This document shows positions 23,301 through 35,223 of a stretch of 62,093 bases of DNA, one piece after another; position 1 is the stretch's first letter; every line of letters begins with the position of its first letter. The position numbers were made by a program, and so were the translations under genes. Below the pieces are notes generated by a model. It was not told the origin of the DNA. It searched no databases and saw nothing but the letters and a program-made list of their open reading frames with translations. Source of the DNA: Malacoraja senta (Eukaryota); NCBI GenBank assembly GCA_038087875.1, contig JAXLNO010000211.1:1-62093 (forward strand), written 5' to 3'.

Positions 23301-25085
23301 CTCAGATTCTCTAGCTGATTTTCAAGTAAATGTGTTTAACCCAATAATGGATCGCATTGTCCAGTCACTAGAATCACGCTTTGTACAACACAAACAGTTG
23401 TATAAAGATTTGTCCTGCTTGGACCCAGCAAAGTTTAAAACTATTGCAGAGAAGGGCCTTGAAGATGAAGCATTGGAAGGTATTATTAAGCTGTTTCCAC
23501 AAATCAGCAAAGATCATGTAATATTGGAATTGTTTTCTTTTGCTTCAAACTTTGCTAAAGTTACTTATTGATGGTGAGAATATGGATTCCAGTTGCAACA
23601 ATTGTACAATTTGCAGCACTTGCCCATCAAGTGTACTAAACATTCTGGCATCCAACAGACTTCATGGCAAGGTATATGATAACCTTTATCAACTTTATAA
23701 AGTCATCTGCACACTATCAGTTACTCAAGTCCAATGTGAGGACATTTTCAAAGCTAAAGATCATAAAGACAAGGTTCAGAAATTCGCTGTCTGAGGAGAA
23801 TTTGGAATCATACATGTTGCTAACCATTGAAAATGAATTGTTAGATGAATTGGATGCAGAAGCAATTATTGGCAGATTCGCACAATTATCAGCGAACACA
23901 AACGATTGCTCTTAATATAGTGGACTGCATGCAATGCTCTATTGTGCTTTTCAACTATCTGTTAATTTGTAAATTGTGCAGTAAACTATTTAAAAATATC
24001 AACCAATTACTTAAAATTAAAAAAAAAAAAAAATTATGACATTATGTATTTACATTCGGTATCTACTGCCAGTAATATGTACAGTACATGTACACTGTAA
24101 TTACTAAGAACCATTTTTTTCACAAACATTTTAAATTGTACCCTTTTTTCCATATGTATTTTTTGAAAATTTTATTTATTCGTTATGAAAATTAAATGAT
24201 AGCATTGTAGTTGTGGGTGCGCCCCCTTTGTCTCCTGGCAACCAATATTTTTAGACCCAGTCCGCCACTGCTTGTGGCACTGCACTCGCCACTTCTTGCC
24301 ATTCTGAAAAGGATCCGTTCACTCCTACTCTTTGCTTCCGGTCTGCCAACCAATTTTCTATCCATGTCAACACCCTACCCCCGATACCATGTGCTCTAAT
24401 TTTTGTCACCAGTGTCCCGTGCGGAACCTTATCAAATGCTTTCTGAAAGTCCAGGTACACTACATCCACTGGCACCCCTTCATCCATTTTACTTGTCACA
24501 TCCTCAAAAAATTCCAGATGATTAGTCAAGCATGATTTCTCTTTCATAAATCCATGTTGACTTGGACTAATTATTTTTGCTATCCAAATGCCTCTTTAAT
24601 AATTGACCCCAGCATCTTTCCCACCACCGAAGTCAGGCTAACTGGTCTGTAATTCCCCATTTTCTCTCTCGCTCCTTTCTTGAAAAGTGGGATAACATTA
24701 GCTATCCTCCAATCCACAGGAACTGATCCTGAATCTATTGAACATTGGAAAATGATCACCAATGCGTCCACTATTTCTAGAGGCACCTCCCTGCGGACCC
24801 TGGGATGCAGACCATCAGGTCCAGGGGATTTATCATCCTTCAGTCCCATTAGCCTACCCAATACTATTTCTCGCCTAATGAAAATTTCTTTCAGTTCCTC
24901 TACCCCCTTAGATCCTCTGTCCTCCAGTACATCTGGGAGATTTTTTTGTCTTCCTTAGTGAAGACAGATCTGAAGTACCTATTCAACTCTTCTGCCATTT
25001 CCTTGTTGCCCATAATAATTTCACCCATGTCTGCCTTCAAGGGACCCACATTTGACTTTGCTACTCTTTTTCCCTTAACATCTTT
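20309..25085 (-). mobile_element. 5'-truncated CR1 with (agaaacat)n tail, interrupted by a hAT
   Basis: ORF pieces 20590-21207, 24251-24547 and 24580-24861; the VPQG motif is split at the hAT. Confidence 0.92.
21323..24270 (+). mobile_element. hAT (Tip100-like) DNA transposon with a decayed, N-terminally deleted transposase (about 22400-23915)
   Basis: 14-bp TIR CAGTGGCGGACTGG at both ends; 8-bp TSD cttgcggc/cttgtggc; TDGA, WCYAHVLNL, ETRW and hATC CE.TFSKLK.IK.R.RNSL motifs. Confidence 0.93.
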
Positions 25086-26430
25086 AAGCTTCTTTACTCA
25101 ATACTCTGACTGATGAAGGACAAAGTGCCAAAATACTTTTTGACCACCTGATATACCAGCGACTTAACCTTCAAGGAACCATGCAACCATCAACCATTCC
25201 TCTGCCCACCTGGCTAATTGATCGAGATCCTGCTACAATCTTTCACAACCATCTTCACTATTTGCAAATCCACTCACTTCTGTATCATCAGCAAACTTGC
25301 TAATCTTGCCCTGTTCTGTGACGTTTCACAGAGTGCTGGAGTAACTCAGCGGGCCAGGCTGAGTACAGAAGTTGGGAGGTCATGTTGCAGTTGTATAAGA
25401 AGTTGATGAGGCCACATTCAGAGTATTGTATTCAGTTCTGGGCACCATGTAATAGGAAAGATGTCATCAAACTGGAACGGGTACAGTGAAAATTTACGAG
25501 GATGTTGCCTCAGGACTAGAGGGCCAGAGCTGTAGGGAGAGGTTGAGTAGGCTGGGACTCTATTTCATGGAGCACAGGAGGATGAGGAATGATCTAATAG
25601 AGGTGTATAAAATCATGATTTGAATATATATGGTTGAGTCTTTTGCACAGAGTAGGTGAATCGGGGACCAGAGGACATAAGTTCAAGGTGAAGGGGAAAA
25701 GATTTAATAGGAATCTGACGGGTATATTTTTCACACAAAGGGTGGTAGGTGTATGGAACAAGCTGCCAGAGGAGGTACAGGCAGGGACTATCGCAAAATT
25801 TAAGAAACACTTGGACAGGTATATGGATAGGACAGGTTCGGAGGGATATGGATCAAATGTGGACAGGAGGGACTAGTATAGATGGGACATGCTGGGCCGA
25901 AGGGCCTGTTTACACACTGTATCTCTCTATGACTCTATCTTTCCCTCTCAAACCCATTCTCCTGCCTTCTCCCCATTACCTCTGACACCCGTATCAATCA
26001 GGAATCTATCAATCTCCTCCTGAAAAGTGTCCTCTGACTTGGCCTCCACAGCTGTCTGTGGCAATGAATTCCACAGTTCACCAGCCTCTGACTTAAGAAA
26101 TTCCTGCTCATCTCCTTCCTAAAGGAATGTATTTTAATTCTGAGGCAGTGGCCACTGGTCCTAGACTCTCCCACTAGTGGAAACATCCTCTCCACATCCA
26201 CTCCATCCAGGTTTTTACCAGGCTGGGACAGACGGCAACAGCTTCACACCGTGTGCCAAAGCTTGTGTCCTGTCCTGCATCACCCAAGGCAGCAGAGACG
26301 TTATAGGAGAGGGCAAGCACCGTAACAAAGTAGCTCACGATGGTTTGGGTAACATTCAGGAATGTCTATGCATGTCACATCATGAATATTACTGAATAAG
26401 GGTCTTGACCCGAAATATAATCTTTACCTT

Positions 26431-26940
26431 TTCTCCAGAGATGCTGCCTGACCCACTGAGTTACTCTAGCATTCTGTGACATGTCACCTATCCATGTTCT
26501 CCACAGATGCTGCCTGACCCAGAGTTACTCCGGCACTCTGTGACATGTCATCTATCCATGTTCTCCACAGATGCTGCCTGACCCGCTGAGTTACTCCAGC
26601 ACTGTGTGAAACGTCACCTATCCATGTTCTCCACAGATGCTGCCTGACCCGCTGAGTTACTCCAGCACTCTGTGACATGTCATCTATCCATGTTCTCCAC
26701 AGATGCTGCCTGACCCGCTGAGTTACTCCAGCACTCTGTGACATGTCATCTATCCATGTTCTCCACAGTTGCTGCCTGACCCGCTGAGTTACTCCAGCAC
26801 TGTGTGAAACGTCACCTATCCATGTTCTCCACAGATGCTGCCTGACCCGCTGAGTTACTCCAGCACTCTGTGACATGTCATTTATCCATGTTCTCCACAG
26901 TTGCTGCCTGACCCGCTGAGTTACTCCAGCACTTTGTGTC
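26431..26940. repeat. 66-bp tandem array, about 8 copies, derived from the Penelope/hammerhead repeat
   Basis: Unit starts at 26483, 26547, 26613, 26679, 26745, 26811 and 26877. Confidence 0.93.
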
Positions 26941-27334
26941 TATTTTCCCTTCACCCATCTACCCAAGCCCACTCTCCCCTCTCCTTTCCTATGTTCCTTT
27001 CCACCCATAAACCTTTCTCTGCCTTTACATTTCACTCCTCTGTCAAATCTGCTCTACTTATCTACATGCATTTTTCTTCTTAACGTTTTAGTCATAGAAT
27101 GATGCAGTGTGGAAACAGGCCCTTCAGCCCAACTTGCCCACACCGACCAACATGTCCCATCTACACTAGTCCCACTCACATGCGTTTGGCCCATATCCAT
27201 CTAAATCTGTCCTATCCATGTACGTGTCCAAATGTCTCTTAAACATTAGGATAGTCCCAGCCTTAACTACCTCCTCTGGCAGCTCGTTCCATACACCCAC
27301 CACCCTTTGTGTGAAAAAGCTACCTCTCAGATTC

Positions 27335-27569
27335 CTGTTAATTTCTGAAATATTGGTCGTGAATTTGATGCGTAAATGCTCCAAAATAAGGCTCAGAATG
27401 CATCAGAGAGCATCTAAAACCCCTGAGCTTCCAGGGCCCTGGACCGCGGCATCGAGGGACTTCACGGTTCACGCTCGTGATGTGCACAGCGCCCACATTA
27501 TTTCACATTACAATCTTTTTGTGATCCTGTCATGCCACCCCCCTTTTTGAAAAGTTTCGTACGGGCCTG
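27335..27569. mobile_element. One end of a probable non-autonomous hAT
   Basis: Ends in gtacgggcctg (TIR CAGGCCCGTAC on the minus strand); partner end not found. Confidence 0.4.
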
Positions 27570-27771
27570 AGTTAGGAAGCCATGTTTGTGCTTTACAGGT
27601 CATCAGCCACTGTGTAGCACTGGGAGATGGTACTGGTGAGTACAGTTTAGTCCTGGCACAGCAGTGTGTACTGATAGGGACAGATCTCTCACTGCATAAC
27701 AGAGAATGCTGGAGAAACTCAAGAGGTCAGGCAGCATCTGTGGAGGGAATGGACAGACAACATTTTTAGTT

Positions 27772-28309
27772 AACATAGAAACATAGAAACATAGAAATTA
27801 GGTGCAGGAGTAGGCCATTCGGCCCTTCGAGCCTGCACCGCCATTCAATATGATCATGGCTGATCATCCAACTCAGTATCCCGTACCTGCCTTCTCTCCA
27901 TACCCTCTGATCCCTTTAGCCACAAGGGCCACATCTAATTCCCTCTTAAATATAGCCAATGAACTGGCCTCGACTACCCTCTGTGGCAGAGAGTTCCAGA
28001 GATTCACCACTCTCTGTGAAAAAAGTTCTTCTCATCTCGGTTTTAAAGGATTTCCCCCTTATCCTTAAGCTGTGACCCCTTGTCCTGGACTTCCCCAACA
28101 TCGGGAGAAATCTTCCTGCATCTAGCCTGTCCAACCCCTTAAGAATTTTATAAGTTTCTATAAGATCCCCCCTCAATCTCCTAAATTCTAGAGAGTATAA
28201 ATCAAGTCTATCCAGTCTTTCTTCATAAGACAGTCCTGACATCCCAGGAATCAGTCTGGTGAACCTTCTCTGCACTCCCTCTATGGCAATAATGTCCTTC
28301 CTCAGATTT
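27772..28309 (-). mobile_element. Young CR1 3' fragment
   Basis: Near-identical to the 3' end of 46540-49763. Confidence 0.92.
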
Positions 28310-28904
28310 CGGACTATTCTTCACACTGATTGTAGGATGGGGGAAGAAAGCTGGAAAAGAGAGGTGTGGCAGCAATTCTGCCCTCTTGTGGTCAAAGTTA
28401 CAGTAATCTGGAGGTAGCTGTCCACAGATATTTTATTACAAATTTGGAACAAACAATAACTGATGCTGGTTCTCAATGTCAATAATTTCCTCCCTCCCCA
28501 CAGATGCTGCTCGACCGCTGACTTCCCCTAGGCTCCAGCAGTTTGTTTGTTGCTCCAGATTATGAGAGGCGTAGACAGTCAGAACCATTTCACCAGTTTG
28601 GAAATGCTCAGCTTTAGAGGCCAGAGCTAGAAAGTGAAAGGGGGAAGGTTTAATGGAGAAGTAGAGGGCATGTTTCTTTATACAGCAGGCGGGGGGGGGG
28701 GGGGGCTGGAACGCACTGTATGGGTGGTGGTAGTGCAGATATGATAGTAGGATTTAAGAGACGTTCAGATAGGCACATGGAAGTGCGGGGAATAGAGGGA
28801 TATGGATCATGTACAGGCAGATAAGATCAGTTTAAGTTGGCATCATGTTGGCACAAACATTGTGGGCCAAAGGGCCATATTGTTCCATTCTAAATTTAAT
28901 TTAA

Positions 28905-29218
28905 TTTTGTTTATTTTTAGAGATACAGCGCTGAAATAGTCCCTTCATCCTACTCAGTCCGTGCCGACCAGCGATCCCCATAAACCAGCACCATCCGACA
29001 CAGGTGAGACAATTGACCATTGTTTTTACCGAAGGACAATAACTTCCAAACCTGTATGTCTTTGGAGTGTGGGAGGAAATCAGAGCTCCCGGAGAAATCC
29101 CATGTGATCACGGGGAGAATGTACAAACTCCTTACTGACAGCACCCGTTGTCAGGATCGAACCCGGGTCTGTGGCGCTGTAAGGGAGCAGCTCCACCGCT
29201 GCGCCATTGTGCCACCCC
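28905..29218 (-). mobile_element. HE1-type SINE, near full length
   Basis: tRNA-like head (ggttcgatcc), central gagtttgtacattctccccgtga domain and CR1-like tail. Confidence 0.8.
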
Positions 29219-29334
29219 TAAATATGTTCAATATTCTATTGCAGAATCTCCAATCTCTCCCTCAATGTCAGCAAGGTGAATTTGAAGGAGCTGGTTATCG
29301 ACTGCTGGAAGGAAGATGGTGTACAAGCCATAAG

Positions 29335-30387
29335 CTTCTGGGATGCAGCGCAGCGGCAGAAGCAAATGACCACGGATCGACCAGGCGGCCGCCGAGAACA
29401 AAGATAGACTCGGCCAGTCGCCTGCAGCCATATGTGCCGGCAGGTTTGGCTCGCCGGTGTGAAGAGCAACCCGGTGGAAGCTGCTGAGCTTGGCCCCGAA
29501 ACCCGGAGAGTCGTGGAGGAGGGAGCCGCTGCCGCCAACGGGCGCAAGGAGTGGGCCGCTAACAGAGAGGGACTGAGGTATTAAAGGCCTGTCTCACGAG
29601 TCTGCGGTCATTGGCGGCGAAACAGGAAGAATCTATCGCTCCTGGGCCGCCAGAGACCGCGCACTCGGTCAAACGCACAATTCCGTGGCCGTGCGGCGTT
29701 GTTCCCAACACCGCACGGTGCTAAAATAAAACCAACACTGTTCAAAAATATTTTCCTACCGCACAGCCGTCGCCAGTGATGCACGAGTGCGGCACGGCCG
29801 GCGCGACAGCCGCCGCCAGTGAGGCACGTGTGCGGCACGGCTGCCGCCACAGCGCCGTGATCAGCACGGCCGCCGCCACAGCCCCGCAGATCCAAAATGA
29901 CGTCATCGCAGTCGGCCCGCCCTTTTTTTTAACTTACCGCAAGCTCGTGGGACCAGCCGTATTTAAATCACTCGGCCCCCGTGCAGCATCCGTGCTGCGC
30001 TCCCGTGGCATAGGCTCGGCGCTCTCGCCGTTGCTGTGCGGTCCCCTCTACCGGCGACGCCGCGCTTCACCACCGATGGCCGCAACACCGTGAGCCTTTA
30101 CCTCCAGGAGAGGAGTTGCCTCCCGGGACACAGAGCCAGTTGGGCGACGAGAGGGACGTCAGTTGGCTGGCCGAGCTGGTCCAGGGTGACAGAGGAGGCT
30201 CCCCTGGCAATAGCCTGGGGTTTAACTGAGCTTACCTGGATCGGGGGCGCTCCAGTAAATCCAACATACGGACCGGACATAGAACTTTTTCTTTTTCTTT
30301 TGTAAATACCGCCAAATTATGGCGACAGGAGCAAGAATTTCACTGTGCAGTGCACAAGTGACAACAAAGAATCATTGAAACATTGAA
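29335..30387 (+). mobile_element. GC-rich non-autonomous element inserted in an old Rex1-like relic; contains a Harbinger-like MITE at 29584-29960
   Basis: Flanks read SLNVSK..KELVID and INSVEVGMVKNFKFLG; 3' tail aatttcactgtgca...gtgacaacaaa(cattgaa); imperfect TIR aaggcctgtctcacgag / ctcgtgggaccagccgt. Confidence 0.55.
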
Positions 30388-32710
30388 GTTAGAATCAATA
30401 GTGTAGAAGTGGGAATGGTGAAGAACTTCAAATTCCTCGGCATGAACAACCTGTTGCATTTTAGTCACTGGCGCAGAACTTTGAAAAGAATGGACGCTTA
30501 ACAATCCATCTGCAGCACTGATTAGAAACATAGAAAGCAGATGCAGGAGTAGGTCATTAGGCCCTTCAAGCCAGCACCGTCATTCAATATGATCATGGCT
30601 GAGCATCCAGAATCAGTACCCTGTTCCTGCTTTCTCCCCATATTCCTTGATTCTGTAGCCCTAAGATCTAACTCTCTCTTGAATACATCCAGTGAATTGG
30701 TCTCCACTGCCTTCTGTGGCAGAGAATTCCACAGATTCACAACAATCTGGGTGAACATGTTTTTCCTCATCTCAATCCTAAATGGCCTACCCTTTATTCG
30801 TAAACTGCGACCCCTGGTTCTGGACTCCCCCAATATCGGGAACATTTTTCCTGCATCTAACTGTCCAATCCCTAAAGAATTTTATGTGCGTCTATAAGAT
30901 CCCCTGTCATGCTAAATTCCAGTGAATATAAGCCCAGTCAGTCCATTCTTTTATCATATGTCAGTCCCGCCATACCGGGACAATAAATATTTTACTTTTT
31001 TTATGAACAATATCCTTGATTTTATTGCTTTAAATAAAAATTCTGTTCCAGTCCCACCACAGAGATTTTTTGCTGTATAATTGTTTGTCTCCTTTCTGCC
31101 TTCAATCAATTGAAAGCCAGAGTGGTAAAGACACTATTCATAGCATTGAGTATAAGAGTCAGGAAGTCATATGCTGCTTTATGGAACTTCAAAGATAGAC
31201 ACAAAATGCTGGAGTAACTCAGTGGGACAGGCAGCATCTCTGGATAGAAGGAATGGCTGACATTTCTGGTTGAGTCCCTTCAGGCTGAAGAGGAAAGGGA
31301 GACACGGAGATAAGGAAGTGTAAGGTATGAAAGGAGGTGTAGTTCAAGGAAAATGTAGAATAGATCATTATTAGCCAGGAGTAGCATACATAGATAATTT
31401 TTAATCAGGGGGATAGTCAAACTGGTCAGAGAATAGAACTTCAGATAGGCCACTTTTAGAATTTTTCGGCATTTCTGGTTGCCCCAATGAAGGATGAATT
31501 TGGAGGCATGGAATTAGTGCAGAGGTGGTTTGCCAGAATGATGCACAGATTAGATATTAGCTGGAAGGAGAGGTTGGACAGACTTAGATTGTAATCGCTA
31601 GAATACTGGAGGTTGATAAAAGTATATAAAACTATGAGAGGCATAGATGGGATAGAGAGTCAAAACCTTTTCCACAGGGTGTAAATATAAAGTAATGGAG
31701 AGCATAGTTTTCAGGTGAGTGGGACATGGTGTAAAGGGCCATGTATTAATAGAAGGCTGAATGAAAGATTTCTGCACTGATGTTGAGACTGAGCTGCACA
31801 TTTACACCTAGACACAACTTTAAACTGAGCTCATGTCTCTCCTCCCAGCTGAAAAAAAGACGCATGGTATTGCCTCAAATAAGGGCTGGGAAATTATTAC
31901 ACATGCCTTGTCCAATTTTTATTACTTAAGCAATAACAGTAAAGTGGACTAAAGACAGACACAAAAATGTTAGATGGAGCTCTAGGGGCTGGTGGAATCA
32001 AGGGATACGGGGAGAAGGCAGGCATTCATTGGGGACGATCAGCCATGATCACCATGAATGGAGGTGCTGGCTCGAAGGGCCGAATGGCCTCCTCCTGCAC
32101 CTATTTTCTATGCTTCTAAAAAGATGGAGTAACTCAGCAGGTCAGGCAGCACTTCTGGGAAAAAGGAAAAGGTGACGATTTGTGTCGAGACCCTTCCCGA
32201 AATGTCACCTATTCCTTTCCCCCAGAAATGCTGCCTGACCCGTTGAGTTACTCCAGCTTTTTGCATCTGCCTACAGTAAAACAAGCATCTGCAGTTCCTT
32301 CCTACACAGGAAAGTAGACTATCTGGTTTATCTAAAACTGCAGTTTGTGGAATTGACTGCATTCTGAATTGTAAAATAGTTATACTTTGAGAAACATCTA
32401 TTCGGTTGTAAGATGCTATGTGAAATGTGATTTTGTAATTGTTGTCCTTAAAACACCAATATAATCCCTACCATAAAACCTGATCCTTAAACTGTATTCA
32501 CTGGCAATTAGTGACCAAAACAAGTGGTCTCATTCCCATTGGATCTGGTTATCAGGTTTGTGTACACATGGACCAATAATTAGCTTCACACCAGAGTTCT
32601 GTTAAAAAAGTACAAGAGATTAAGTTACTGTTGCTACATTTACTCTGCTGGTTAAATAGTGCTGTGGGTGGCTGTTAAACATGCTTCTTTTTACCTTACT
32701 CAACACTTAC

Positions 32711-32759
32711 GGTGTGGCCACTGTCTCCTCTGGTAAGCAATGCTCCTTCTACTTGTGAA
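32711..32759 (-). CDS. Candidate upstream exon of the SUN-like gene
   Basis: ttttgttgtttcctcaaag|...CACACC|gtaagt in unique sequence; SQVEGALLTRGDSGHT with a phase-0 end compatible with 16986; no recognised homology. Confidence 0.35.
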
Positions 32760-33033
32760 CTTTGAGGAAACAACAAAACTGATTCTATTTACTGTTGCAC
32801 AGTCCCTGTGTTTGCCCTGGGTACATTGTCTTGGATGTATTAATTGAATGATTGAATTGAATGTATTAATAATTTTGGGTAACGGTCATTCCTGAGTTGT
32901 AAAAGCTCCTGTGGGAAGTTATATATACTATGGTTACCTTGGCAATCCATTGAACAGAGGAACTGAATACAGGTAAATAATGAACATAGAACATAGGAGA
33001 ATACAGCACAGGAGCAGTTCCTTCAGTCCTTCA

Positions 33034-33066
33034 GTCTGAAGAAGGGTCTCGACCTGAAACGTCACC
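33034..33066 (+). ncRNA. Minimal hammerhead motif
   Basis: GU CUGAAGA A GGGUC-UC-GACCU GAAA CG UC/ACC, followed by the shared repeat body. Confidence 0.65.
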
Positions 33067-35223
33067 CATTCCTTTTCTCCAGAGATGCTGCCTGACCCGC
33101 TGAGTTACTCCAGCATTTTGTCTACCTTCGGCCCACAATGTCTGTGCCGAACAAAATAAACGAATCTCCTCTACCTGTATGTGATCTGTATCCGGCCATT
33201 CCCTGCCTATCTATGTACCTATCTAAAAGCCTCTGAAATGTAACTGTTATATCTGCCACCATCACCACCACCACTGGCAGCGCGTTACAGATGTCCACCA
33301 CCCTCCACATAAAACAACTTGCACCGCTCATCTCCTTTGAACATTGCCTCTCCAACCTTAAAGTGATGTTCTCTGGTCTTCAACATTTCCACCCTGGGAA
33401 AAAGGTTCTGGCTGTCCACTCTGTCTGTGCCTCTCACCATGTTATGCACTTTCATCAGGTCTCCCTTCAACCTCCAGTATACAAGAGAAAACAATCCATG
33501 TTTGTCCAATCTGCTCTTGCACTAATACCTCAGACAGAATTCAGGTAAACCGGTGATGTACACATTCAATAAAGAAGTGACTTCTGCATTAGTAGGTGTT
33601 CCACCTCTCCAAGATTTCCTCAGCTGGTGTTAGACACCCACATGATGGTAAAATTCAGCCTGCATCAAATGACCAATCAATGTTGTGTCAATGTTGTTGC
33701 CATCTTGTTGTTTGTTGCATGCTTCCTGTCCTGCAGACCCTATCCATTACCCCACCACCACTTCCATATAACCATATAACCATATAAGCATTACAGCACG
33801 GAAACAGGCCATCTCGGCCCTTCAAGTCCGTGCCGAACACTTTTTTTTTTTCTTCCCCCTTCTTTCTTCTTACTTCCCCCTAGTCCCATCTACCTGCACC
33901 CAGACCATATCCTTCCATTCCTTTCCCGTCCACATACCCATCCAATCTATTTTTAAAGGATAAAATCGAACCTGCCTCCACCACTTCCACTGGAAGCTCA
34001 TTGCACACAGCTACCACTCTCTGAGTAAAGAAGTTCCCCCTAATGTTCCCCCTAAACTTCTGTCCCTTAATTCTCAAGTCATGTCCCCTTGTTTGAATCT
34101 TCCCTACTCTCAATGGGAAAAGCTTATCCACGTCAACTCAGTCTATCCCTCTCATCATTTCAAAGACCTCTATCAAGGCCCCCCTTAACATTCTGCGCTC
34201 CAAAGAATAAAGACCTAACTTGTTCAACCTTTCTCTGTAACTTAGTTGCTGAAACCCAGGCAACATTCTAGTAAATCTCCTCTGTACTCTCTCTATTTTG
34301 TTGACATCCTTCCTATAATTAGGCGACCAAAATAGTACTCCATACTCCAGAATTGGCCTCACCAATGCCTTGTACAATTTTAACATTACATCCCAACTTC
34401 TATATTCAATGCTCTGATTTATAAAGGCCAGCACACCAAAAGCTTTCTTTACCACCCTATCTACATGAGATTCCACCTTCAGGGAACTATGCACAGTTAT
34501 TCCTAGATCCCTCTGTTCAACTGCATTCCTCAATTCGCTACCATTTACCATGTATGTCCTATTTTGATTTGTCCTGCCGAGATGTAGCACCTCACATTTA
34601 TCAGCATTAAACTCCATCTGCCATCTTTCAGCCCACTCTTCGAAATGGCCTAAATCTCTCTGTAGACTTTGAAAATCTACTTCATTATCCACAACACCAC
34701 CTATCTTAGTATCATCTGCATACTTACTAATCCAATTTTCCACACCATCATCCAGATATTTGATGTACATGACAAACAACAGTGAACCCAACACAGACCC
34801 CTGAGGCACCCCACTAGTCACCGGCCTCCAACCTGACAAACAGCCATCCACCATTACTCTCTGGCATCTCCCATTCAGCCACTGTTGAATCCATCTTGCT
34901 ACTCCACCATTAATACCGAACAATTGAATCTTCTTAACCAACCTTCCATGAGGAACCTTGTCAAAGGCCTTACTGAAGTCCATATAGACAACATCCACTG
35001 CTTTACCCTCATCAATTTCCCTAGTAACCTCTTCGAAAAATTCAAGAAGATTAGTCAAGCATGACCTTCCAGGCACAAATCCATGTTGACTGTTCCTAAT
35101 CAGACCCTGCTTATCCAGATGCTTATATATATTATCTCTAAGTATCCTTTCCATTAATTTGCCCACCACTGACATCAAACTAACAGGTCTATAATTGCTA
35201 GGTTTACTCTCACAACCCTTTTT

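Noticed and set aside
26219..26366. Possible minus-strand exon with a hydrophobic stretch (TFLNVTQTIVSYFVTVLALSY...) as the SUN transmembrane exon
   Set aside because: No polypyrimidine tract, weak donor and no recognisable SUN similarity
26431..26940. CRISPR-like array or 22-aa repeat protein
   Set aside because: Head-to-tail units with no unique spacers, eukaryotic context; the ORF arises because 66 is a multiple of 3
29335..30330. CpG island as a host promoter
   Set aside because: Lies inside an insertion that splits a LINE relic and has a retroelement tail; co-option cannot be shown from sequence
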